The position numbers and the translations under genes were made by a program. A stretch of 64,000 nt of DNA from Pseudomonadota bacterium (lineage in GTDB: Bacteria > Pseudomonadota > Alphaproteobacteria > Micavibrionales > UBA2020): assembly GCA_023444705.1 (NCBI GenBank), contig JAEXMB010000033.1:581-64580 (forward strand), in the 5' to 3' direction. Each line of letters begins with the position of its first letter. Position 1 is the stretch's first letter. The notes beneath the pieces are model-generated. The model did no database searches and was not told the DNA's origin. It saw only the letters and a list, made by a program, of their open reading frames with translations. This document shows, piece by piece, positions 51,348 through 59,550 of the stretch.

Positions 51348-51377
51348 ATATTACCCGATTCATTTTTTATATGTAAA
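51348..51377 (-). promoter_or_regulatory. promoter positioned for a leaderless mRNA (HExxH paralog 2)
   Basis: Minus strand reads TTTACA (51377-51372), 18 nt, TAATAT (51353-51348), 6 nt, ATG. The identical 13-mer TTTATATGTAAAA is at 51366-51378. Confidence 0.5.
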
Positions 51378-51434
51378 ACATTTATAGGGAGATTTTGTCG
51401 GCTAAAAAAGTATTTTAAATCAGCACTATAGGTA

Positions 51435-51959
51435 TCAATTGGGTTTTCGCGGCGGCGGTTTTGCACCACTCTTGAGGTTCTGGCGGCCCGTCATCATCAC
51501 GCGCAGGCGCTCGGCGGCGGCGGGGTTGTCGTCCCACAACGCCATGTAATCGCGTGCGGTCCAGCCCTGCTTGTCGGCGATATCGTCACGTGCGCCCGCA
51601 TCCTTGAACAACGCGATGATGTCCGCACGCGTGCGCAGGCCGCCCGACACGGCCGCCGCATGCAGCGGCGTCCAGCCGTGATCGTCCACCCGCGCAACGT
51701 CGGCACCGGCCTTGAGCAACAGACGCACAATATCGCTTTCACCCCAATAGGCTGCTTCGTGCAGGGGTGTGGTGCCGCCATCCGCCGCCTGATTGGGATC
51801 GGCGCCGCGGCGCAAACGGTCGCGCACTTCACTGCGGTTTCCCGCACGCACCGCACGATAGAGCGCGCTTTCACCGCGCGCATTGCGCGGGTCGCGCCCG
51901 CCATGCGTCATGCGGTTAAAGCGGTCGGTGATGGTGTCAAGAAACGAAAGTGGTTTCAT
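51435..51959 (-). CDS. ankyrin-repeat protein, candidate effector
   Basis: AGAGGA RBS before ATG 51959. Sequence GTTPLHEAAYWGESDIVRLLLKAGADVARVDDHGWTPLHAAA. Tail AKPPPRKPN. Confidence 0.85.
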   Translation of the reverse strand: MKPLSFLDTITDRFNRMTHGGRDPRNARGESALYRAVRAGNRSEVRDRLRRGADPNQAADGGTTPLHEAAYWGESDIVRLLLKAGADVARVDDHGWTPLHAAAVSGGLRTRADIIALFKDAGARDDIADKQGWTARDYMALWDDNPAAAERLRVMMTGRQNLKSGAKPPPRKPN

Positions 51960-52128
51960 GGCGCAAAAAAGTCCTCTGGCCATTACTCTACGCGAAAAAA
52001 GACAGTATCACCAAGCTTTGCCCGATCTGAACACCGCGCAGACCAGCGCGATGTTGCAGTGCATGCACCACAAACTCTTGACGGTGCCTTGATTGACGGC
52101 TGATTTTTTCGCAATGCAACAGCGTGGA

Positions 52129-53118
52129 TTATTGCTCCGGGCTGACCGCCGCAAATTCGCTGTCGTTGAACAGTTGCGCCGAATCGGCAATGAAATCCTG
52201 CGCGCTTTGCGCCACGGCAAAGCGCGACAGACCCGGCGACAGCGTGCTTGAAAACGGCGGTACCGGGTTAAAACCCATGTTGCTGATCGCCGACAGACTG
52301 ATAACGCTGATCATCAGACCGACCGCAAACGATAGCGCCGCCTGCCTGCGCTTGCGCGCGGACAGCATTGTCGCCGCCGCAAGACAGGCCGAGGTCAGCG
52401 TCGCAAGCAATACCGTCTGTGTCAATATGGTCGCCGCTTGCGATGCCAGACTACCGCTCAGCAAAAAGTCAACGCCGCGCAGCGCCATGCCCGTCACCAG
52501 CGAGGCGATGACATAGACGCTGGCCAGCGACAGCTGTTGCGCAAAGCGCGAGCGATGCGTCAGCAACCGCCCCACCACCGACCACATCGCCGCCCAGACC
52601 ACGATAATCATGAATACGGCCGCCACGCTCATGGCGGCGGTCATTGCGGCTTCGCTGCTCCAGATTTCAAGGTATGACCATCCCGCCGTCAGCGCCAGCG
52701 CCAGCGCGAACAACGCGGCCGCCACCGGCATGCGCCCCAGCGAGGAGCGAAGCCCCCCGTTCTGCGCCATCGGCAACGCCGCCGCAACGGCGTAATCGCT
52801 GGCATAGGCCGCGATGACGGTTTCCCCCGCTTCGACTACATCGCCCGAGGCCAGCGGCGTCCATTGCCCCGCCGTCAACACGCGTGCGTTGAGCAAGGTG
52901 GGATTGACGCTGTCAAGCGCACAGATTTCCCACGGCGTTTTGGCATCCGCCGCATCGTTGGCGCGAATGATGTATTGGCGTGCCGCCAGATAGGGATCGG
53001 CGACGATAACGTCACAGGCAGGGCTGCGGCCCACAACCACGGGCAGGGACGTGATCTTTTCGTGATGCGTGCGCACGCTGTCAGTCAGGGGCGCGATTGC
53101 AAGGACCATCATGCTCAT
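52129..53118 (-). CDS. FHA-like domain protein with a polytopic membrane C-half
   Basis: The N-terminus VVVGRSPACDVIVADPYLAARQYIIR...WEICALDSVNPTLLNARVL...LASGDVVEAGET follows the FHA pattern, with substitutions at the usual Ser/Asn positions. About 6 TM segments follow. Confidence 0.65.
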   Translation of the reverse strand: MSMMVLAIAPLTDSVRTHHEKITSLPVVVGRSPACDVIVADPYLAARQYIIRANDAADAKTPWEICALDSVNPTLLNARVLTAGQWTPLASGDVVEAGETVIAAYASDYAVAAALPMAQNGGLRSSLGRMPVAAALFALALALTAGWSYLEIWSSEAAMTAAMSVAAVFMIIVVWAAMWSVVGRLLTHRSRFAQQLSLASVYVIASLVTGMALRGVDFLLSGSLASQAATILTQTVLLATLTSACLAAATMLSARKRRQAALSFAVGLMISVISLSAISNMGFNPVPPFSSTLSPGLSRFAVAQSAQDFIADSAQLFNDSEFAAVSPEQ

Positions 53119-54560
53119 GGCGCCACCATCCCGTCCGGCGACTTGTCCATCACGCTGTCGCCTGCAGGCGCGACGACGTCGCGGACATCCGGCGCATCCC
53201 CGCGTGCGGGTGCGATTTCAGAGATAAACCGCGACATGAATGCCTGCGCGTTGTCGCGCGTCACCCCGAGCGCATTGACGGTGATGACGACACCGGTGCG
53301 CGGCGCATCGACCATCGCCATATAAAGATGCGCGTCGAACAACGACGGATATTTGGTGTATTGGCGCACGCAATACGATGTCTTGAAGCGATGGCCCGCC
53401 TGATCGACGAAGCCGTCATGGCAGGCAAAGTTGCCGACATCGCCTTCGCCTGCGTTGCTTGATTCAACGCTATTTGAATACAGCCCTTCGTAAAAGCTGT
53501 AAAAACGCGCCGTCCACATCTCAGGCGACGGTGTCACCAGGTCATAGCGGTAAAAGTACACGCCCGTTTCAAACGTATCACTGAGGAACAAGCTGTCCTC
53601 GTTATAGCAGGTCGACCAGAAATGCGTGTAGGGGTCCTTGTCTTCATGCGCGGGCGCACCCCAGCATTTCAATGCAGGATGCAGACGGCCCGGCAGCGAC
53701 AGCGGCCCAAAAGTCATGCTGTCCCACGTGTGCGCGGGGTCGAGCATGGTCTTGATGATCGACGACTGGCTGGCGTCAAGCTGTGCTTCGATATCGGCAT
53801 GCGCACGCGTCAGGAAATCGCCCGCCATATCACCCGTCATATCACCCGTTTGGCCGCTGTTGCGGTATTTTGCGACCAGTGCGGCAAGCGCTTCGACCGG
53901 CACCAGAAAACCGATCTGGTTGCCGCCCGTCATGACGTTGATCCCCACAACGCGGCCATCGCCTGACAGGGCGGGCCCGCCGCTCATGCCCTGGTTGATC
54001 GCACCGGAAAAGTGAATCTTGTCGTGGAACGTATCCGAAGCCATGCCATTGTGGATACCCTCGACGATCGTAAAGCCGATGTCGTGCGGGTTGCCAAGCG
54101 CAAAGACGCGCGTGCCCTTGCGCAGGTCGGACGTGCCGAGCATGACAAAAGCCGGCCCCGCCTTGTCCATGCGCAACAGCGCAAGATCATTGACGACATC
54201 AACACCCACCAGCGACAGCGCGCCGCGCGTGCCGTCCTCGTGCAGGTATTCTAGGCGGTTGTTGGCCGGGCGGTTGATCATGTCGGACACGACATGGTAG
54301 TTCGTCGCCAGCAAGCCCTGCGCATCGATCTGAAACCCGCTGCCAATCGCGGCTTTCTTGCCCGAGGCGCGGTCGATGACCTGTACCTGATAGACGGCCG
54401 CGCCATGATCCTGATACATGCGCTCCGCCGCATCCGTCAGCGGCGGTTGCGGCGCGGTGACGCCTTGCGCCGGTGTGTCCGTTTGCGCACGCGCGGGCGG
54501 GGACAAGAAAGTTGCAGCCAAAAGCAAAGCACAGGCAAGTGATCGTGTGTATGTGGTCAT
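53115..54560 (-). CDS. secreted trypsin-like (S1/HtrA-class) serine protease with an unknown Cys-containing C-terminal domain and no PDZ recognised
   Basis: Signal peptide LACALLLAATFLSPPARA. Triad contexts ATNYHVV (His), NDLALLRM (Asp) and GMSGGPAL (Ser). About 250 extra C-terminal aa. ATGA-coupled to the FHA gene. Confidence 0.8.
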   Translation of the reverse strand: MTTYTRSLACALLLAATFLSPPARAQTDTPAQGVTAPQPPLTDAAERMYQDHGAAVYQVQVIDRASGKKAAIGSGFQIDAQGLLATNYHVVSDMINRPANNRLEYLHEDGTRGALSLVGVDVVNDLALLRMDKAGPAFVMLGTSDLRKGTRVFALGNPHDIGFTIVEGIHNGMASDTFHDKIHFSGAINQGMSGGPALSGDGRVVGINVMTGGNQIGFLVPVEALAALVAKYRNSGQTGDMTGDMAGDFLTRAHADIEAQLDASQSSIIKTMLDPAHTWDSMTFGPLSLPGRLHPALKCWGAPAHEDKDPYTHFWSTCYNEDSLFLSDTFETGVYFYRYDLVTPSPEMWTARFYSFYEGLYSNSVESSNAGEGDVGNFACHDGFVDQAGHRFKTSYCVRQYTKYPSLFDAHLYMAMVDAPRTGVVITVNALGVTRDNAQAFMSRFISEIAPARGDAPDVRDVVAPAGDSVMDKSPDGMVAP

Positions 54561-54865
54561 GGACCCTGATATTTCGCGGAGGATAGACAGCTTGCGCCAG
54601 TCTGCACGTCCCGGTCTTTAATGTATACAGCCGCGTCCATACGGGGCACCTCGCCGGATTGTTTACAGAATCTGGTATTTTTCCATTTTCTGCGTGCAAC
54701 GCGTCAATTTTTTGCATTGATTGCGCCTGCGGTTATCCAAACGTAGCAAGATTACACTTTTCCGCCTTTTTTCGTTTTTACGGGGTTGTCCACAGGTCGC
54801 CTGCTTGCTACGGTTTTGCGGTATTCAAAACGGGACCCGCCGACGTGAAAAAGTTTTTCAACGCC

Positions 54866-56284
54866 ATGTCCGACCGCACCAGCCGCGATCTTGACCGGAT
54901 CGGCAGCAAGGGTCTGACGCGCCTGCAACAGGCCGCGGATGAAAACGACACCGACCGCATCCGCCTGCTGTTGCGCCGCAAAGCCGACATCAACGAAACC
55001 GGCCTGTGCGGCGAAACCGCCCTGCACCGCGCCGCGCGCCACAACAACTACAGCGCCGCGCGCCTGCTGGTCGATATGGGTGCCGATGTCAACCTGCCTG
55101 ACGCGCAGGGGCAAACAGCGCTCCACAATGCCGTCCTGCATGGCAACACGATGATCGTCGCCCGCCTGATCGAAGCCGGCGCAGACGTCAACATCGCCGA
55201 TCACGAGGGCCGCACCGCCATGCATATGGTGCCGCGCGGGTGCGAGGATATTTTCACCCAGCTGGTGGCGCAGGGCGGCGACGTCAACGCGCTCGACAAG
55301 CAAGGCTATCCGCCGCTCAACTACCATCTGCGCCACGACAGGCTGGTCACGGCCATCATCAATCTTGGTGCCGACCCCAATCTTTCGACGACACAGCCAT
55401 CGCCACTGGTCACCGCACTGAGCATCCCTTTGCTGGCCACACATCCCGCAATCATCAGAAGCCTGCTGGCAGGCGGCGGCGACGTTAACGCGCGCAGTGC
55501 GTCAACGGGCGAACCGCTGATCCACCTTGCCGCACGCAGCGGCCAAAACGCCCTGCTGGTCGAAGCCCTGGCGCGCAAAGCCGACGTCACCGCAACCGAT
55601 CCCGCGGGCATGACCGTCGCGCATGCGCTGGCGCAACTGCCCCAGCCCGACCTGATGCGCCTTGTACTGTTGCGCGCGCCCGATCTTGCGCGCACACGCG
55701 CCAAGGACGGCACCACGCCGCTGCATCTGGTCGTGCAGCATCTGACGCAAACGCCGTTGCGCGGTGCCGAAACCCATGTCGCAACGCTGGTGCAACTGGC
55801 GCAACTGCTGATCGAATACGGTGCCGATCCTTCGACCGCCACCACCAACGGCACGACCCTGCTGCACGAGGCCACGACGCGCAACATGCCGGGCTTCATT
55901 GATTTCCTTGCCAAGCATAAGGCGGATTTCAACCTGCGCGACCAGCAGGGCAACGCCGCGCTCAATGTCGCGATCACCGCGCGCAATGTGGAACTGCTCG
56001 ACCGCTTGCTCGACCACGGCGCCGATCCGGACCTTACGGATGCACGCGGCTGGACAGTGCTTGACCGCCTTGCTGAAAAGAAAGACCGCGAAAGCCCGAT
56101 CGTGCAACGCCTGATCGTGGCGGGCGGGCAATACAACAAACAGTTGCCCCTCTACCCCGATCTGATCCGTCCGCGCAAAAACACAGCTCCGGCCCCCGCC
56201 AATGACACCGCGCCCAAGCCAGCGCCCGAGACTATTGTCTCGCCGATCAAAAAGATCATCAAGCGCCAGCCACCAACAAATTAA
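54866..56284 (+). CDS. ankyrin-repeat protein (about 12 repeats), candidate effector
   Basis: GETALHRAARHNNYSAARLLVDMGADVNLPDAQGQTALHNAVLHGNTMIVARLIEAGADVN. I chose the start at ATG 54866. Tail KIIKRQPPTN. Confidence 0.9.
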   Translation: MSDRTSRDLDRIGSKGLTRLQQAADENDTDRIRLLLRRKADINETGLCGETALHRAARHNNYSAARLLVDMGADVNLPDAQGQTALHNAVLHGNTMIVARLIEAGADVNIADHEGRTAMHMVPRGCEDIFTQLVAQGGDVNALDKQGYPPLNYHLRHDRLVTAIINLGADPNLSTTQPSPLVTALSIPLLATHPAIIRSLLAGGGDVNARSASTGEPLIHLAARSGQNALLVEALARKADVTATDPAGMTVAHALAQLPQPDLMRLVLLRAPDLARTRAKDGTTPLHLVVQHLTQTPLRGAETHVATLVQLAQLLIEYGADPSTATTNGTTLLHEATTRNMPGFIDFLAKHKADFNLRDQQGNAALNVAITARNVELLDRLLDHGADPDLTDARGWTVLDRLAEKKDRESPIVQRLIVAGGQYNKQLPLYPDLIRPRKNTAPAPANDTAPKPAPETIVSPIKKIIKRQPPTN

Positions 56285-56392
56285 TACAAAACAACAACTT
56301 AACCGTTCACCGTGCGGCCAATCCGCTGTTGACGCAGTTCTGCTTTATGACTAAACTCTGTTTTACCTAATAACAAAGCAGATTCTTGCCCC

Positions 56393-57403
56393 ATGTCATC
56401 CAGCGAAAACGACAGCACCGGCGGCTCCGCGCGCAGTGCCTATAACAGTGCCGCCATAAGCGGCGACGACGGCACGACCAGCGTTGACCCCCTGGCCGAT
56501 CTGCCGCCGCGCGTGCGCGACTTTTTGCGCAATGCCGATGTCGCGCAACCGCTCAAGGATCTGTGCCTGCACATTCTCCCTGCTGCCGATTTTGCAACTT
56601 TCAAAAGACGTCTTGATCGCGGTGACTTTGACGCCCACCTGACCTGTGATGCGCACCCAATGGGCGGTCTGCTTGCGCAACTGGCGGCGGCCCCCAAGGA
56701 ACTTGGCAACGACTGGCTACAAGCCGTGGCACAACGCGAGGCTTTCGCCGTCGATGCGCTCAGCGTCCCCTACTATTACACGGGAAGTTATTACAGCAGT
56801 CACATCAAGGACTATACCGGCCAAAGCGTGTCACAACGCCCGCTTGGCAGCTGGATGCTCGGCCATCGCAGCATGAAATACCCCGATCTCGCGCAATTCT
56901 GCGCGCGCCTGCTTGCACATGAATACAAAGCCAATGACGTATCGCAACCGATCGCCCATCACGCGATTTACGGCACGCCGACGCTTGAATACCTGCGCGA
57001 CTTCGCCGACAAGGCAGGCACGCTTGACTTCATCAACGTAAAAAACGCCAATGGCGAAAGCGTTTTTTACCGCCTTGCAACCAATAAAAACCTCTATAAC
57101 CACGCATCGACGCTGAATGTGCTGAGCTGGCTGCTGGAGCGCAAGCCCGAGCTGATCCACACCACCGACGATGCCGGCTGGACGGCGCTTGACCGCTATG
57201 TCCTGCAGATGACGGTGCAAAGCGGCGTCTCGCAAGCCGTCACCACCGAAAGCGGTATGCTGCGCCTGTTGCTTGCATCGGGCGCGCAGTTCCGCCGGCA
57301 AACGCCGCCGGGCATGTCACTGGTGGACTATCACAATAATCAGCAGACGACCACGCTGCTCGGCAAACCGGCAGCGGCAGGCCCGATCAAACGCAAACCC
57401 TAA
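56393..57403 (+). CDS. hypothetical protein with 2-3 C-terminal ANK-like repeats, candidate effector
   Basis: NANGESVFYRLATN...LNVLSWLLERKPELIHTTDDAGWTALDRYVLQ. Tail AAGPIKRKP. Confidence 0.6.
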   Translation: MSSSENDSTGGSARSAYNSAAISGDDGTTSVDPLADLPPRVRDFLRNADVAQPLKDLCLHILPAADFATFKRRLDRGDFDAHLTCDAHPMGGLLAQLAAAPKELGNDWLQAVAQREAFAVDALSVPYYYTGSYYSSHIKDYTGQSVSQRPLGSWMLGHRSMKYPDLAQFCARLLAHEYKANDVSQPIAHHAIYGTPTLEYLRDFADKAGTLDFINVKNANGESVFYRLATNKNLYNHASTLNVLSWLLERKPELIHTTDDAGWTALDRYVLQMTVQSGVSQAVTTESGMLRLLLASGAQFRRQTPPGMSLVDYHNNQQTTTLLGKPAAAGPIKRKP

Positions 57404-57415
57404 GGCCCGCGTTTA

Positions 57416-57676
57416 TCACAGCGTTGCTTGCGCGTCGTCCAGATGGCGGTGCAGTTGCAGCGGCTTGAGTACGGGATTTTTCAGCACCTCGGGCGCGCTG
57501 AGGTTGGCAAGGCGCAATGCCGTCGCCACATGTGCGCCTGTTTCCATCAGAAAGCGCACGCGGATGCTGTCGATGCGGGGCTGGGTCAGCTCCCATGCCA
57601 GTTCGCGGGTTTCGTAATTGATATCATCGTTGGGCGAAATCACAGGCTGGCCAAACGAAGCGTCGTGCTGTCCCAT
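57416..57676 (-). CDS. hypothetical small protein
   Basis: AAAGG RBS about 10 nt before ATG 57676. 86 aa. No confident family. Confidence 0.45.
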   Translation of the reverse strand: MGQHDASFGQPVISPNDDINYETRELAWELTQPRIDSIRVRFLMETGAHVATALRLANLSAPEVLKNPVLKPLQLHRHLDDAQATL

Positions 57677-57792
57677 CGGAAAATAACCTTTCAAGTATAC
57701 AGGTGGCTGTTGCAAGCGCATGCGAAAGCCCTGCGGCCCTACGACCGCACGTCACCGCGCCGCTTTCACATACGTGCATCCCTCTATGCTAG

Positions 57793-57817
57793 TTCGAAAA
57801 TATGAAAATTTTCTGAA
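57793..57817. promoter_or_regulatory. imperfect palindrome, candidate TetR operator
   Basis: TTCGAAAAT-ATGAAA-ATTTTCTGAA in the AT-rich divergent intergenic region. Confidence 0.3.
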
Positions 57818-57999
57818 ACCATTGCCAGCGAGGCATTTTTTAAACCAGACAGACGAAAAACATCGCAAAATCGCTTATTTTATTGCTTTTTTGAACAGCC
57901 ATTCACATGAAATGTTTGCACTGGCGTCCCCCCGCCTGCTATACCCCTAAGCGCATTTTTATTTTCCGAGAATCATTTAAGCACCAAAGGCTAACGACA

Positions 58000-58590
58000 A
58001 TGGGACGCAAGCTGGAATTCAGCAAAGACAAGGCGCTGTTACAGGCAATGGAAAGTTTCTGGGCGCAGGGCTACGACGCCACCTCGATGCGCGACCTCGC
58101 CCAGCGCCTTAACCTTCACCTCGGCTCGGTCTATAACGCCCTCGGCGACAAGGAAGAAGTCTTCGAGCAATCCCTGCGTCTCTACCTCAAGCACAAGGTC
58201 GTCCCTGTGATGTCGGCACTGGAAAGCAGCGAAGACCCGCGCGCCGCACTGTCGCAGTTCATCGACAAAATCATGGTTGACTGCCGTGCGGACAGTACTT
58301 CGCCCGGTTGCTTCATCGTCAACTCCCTGCTGTGCATCACCCGCATCAATGACAAGATCACCTCTGCCGTCCACGAATACATGCAGGTGCAGGAAGCCGC
58401 CATTTCCGCCTGCATCGCGCGCGCGCAGGCCGCCGGACACATTGACCGCGACGAGCGGCCCCAGCAACTAGCGCGCTTCGTCATCGCCTCGCTGAAATCC
58501 ATGCATGTGATGAAAAAGATCGGCGTCAATGACGACTATCTGCAGGACATCCGCGATACCGTCGACCGCCGCCTGTTTCAGGCCGCCTGA
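58000..58590 (+). CDS. TetR-family transcriptional regulator
   Basis: N-terminal HTH AMESFWAQGYDATSMRDLAQRLNLHLGSVYNALGDKEEVF. Start at ATG 58000. Confidence 0.85.
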   Translation: MGRKLEFSKDKALLQAMESFWAQGYDATSMRDLAQRLNLHLGSVYNALGDKEEVFEQSLRLYLKHKVVPVMSALESSEDPRAALSQFIDKIMVDCRADSTSPGCFIVNSLLCITRINDKITSAVHEYMQVQEAAISACIARAQAAGHIDRDERPQQLARFVIASLKSMHVMKKIGVNDDYLQDIRDTVDRRLFQAA

Positions 58591-58611
58591 CGCACGTCAC
58601 CGCCTGCCCCC

Positions 58612-59550
58612 CTATAATTTGAATTTATCGGGCCGCTGCGCCTGCTGTCGCGCGTTGATGTCTTCGCGCTTGAGCGCCGCCACGAAAGGTGCGAGGCTGA
58701 CTTTGTCTTTCATGCCAAAGGCCTCAAGCGCCTCGTGCAGCTTGAACGCATCCTCGCGCGCCGCGCGCCAGTGACGCGCATCAAAAACCTCCGTCAGCCG
58801 TCCGCGGGCGGCCAGAATACCAAGCAAAGTAACAGGCGCACCGGTGCGGTCATAGCTGATCGGATTAATGAATGCCGCCGCACGCCACTGGTTGCCGGCA
58901 GCGCGCATATGGTCAAACCGCGCCAGTGCCGTGCGCGCATCACCATGTGCGCAGGCCGCCTGCCACCACACCCTGTGCGTGTCTTCGTCACGGCGTTCTT
59001 CGTCAAAAACCTCGCGCAGCATCCTGGGCGCAAAGGGCGACATGCCCTGTTCGATCAGCAATTGCATCAGCTCGGGGCGGCATTCGTCGATGGCGATTTC
59101 TACCGCATCGCCGCCCAGTAACACATCAAACCCCGCCGCTGCCAGTTGCGGCACCACTACGGGGGCTGCAGCTTGCCGCCACGCATCGCCGATCAGCGTG
59201 CGCACATCGATTTCAGGCGCGGCAGCCACCACAGGCGCGAAAGCCTGCGCCACCGCTTCCTGTTCGGCCCCATCCACAAATTCAAGCTTGTCGACGATCG
59301 CCTTGAGGTCCTCGCGCTTTGGCACATAGCCGCGTGACAGGATATCCGCCGTCAGGGCGGATTTTCCGGCCAGAACCGCGGCCTCAAGCACAGCAATGGT
59401 CAGGGTATGGCGCGGTGTTTTCTGCGCGGGCGAAGCATCAAGGTATTCCTTGAGCAACGGCCAGTCCTTGGCATCCGCCGCGCGGTTGAGCGCAAACCAA
59501 AAACTGAAATCATCCGCAGGCAATTCTTTGTCGTCATCAGGCATGTTCAT
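58612..59550 (-). CDS. degenerate ANK/helical-repeat protein with a shared C-terminal module ending FKL
   Basis: Start at ATG 59550, ATGA-coupled. C-terminus PVTLLGILAARGRLTEVFDARHWRAA...RQQAQRPDKFKL. Confidence 0.6.
   Translation of the reverse strand: MNMPDDDKELPADDFSFWFALNRAADAKDWPLLKEYLDASPAQKTPRHTLTIAVLEAAVLAGKSALTADILSRGYVPKREDLKAIVDKLEFVDGAEQEAVAQAFAPVVAAAPEIDVRTLIGDAWRQAAAPVVVPQLAAAGFDVLLGGDAVEIAIDECRPELMQLLIEQGMSPFAPRMLREVFDEERRDEDTHRVWWQAACAHGDARTALARFDHMRAAGNQWRAAAFINPISYDRTGAPVTLLGILAARGRLTEVFDARHWRAAREDAFKLHEALEAFGMKDKVSLAPFVAALKREDINARQQAQRPDKFKL

Noticed and set aside
15332-54560. Type VI secretion interpretation (ClpV-like ATPase plus FHA-domain protein)
   Set aside because: The two genes are about 35 kb apart. 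I saw no Hcp, VgrG, TssB/C, TssK/L/M-like or baseplate ORFs in the window. The secretion genes that are present are Dot/Icm-type.
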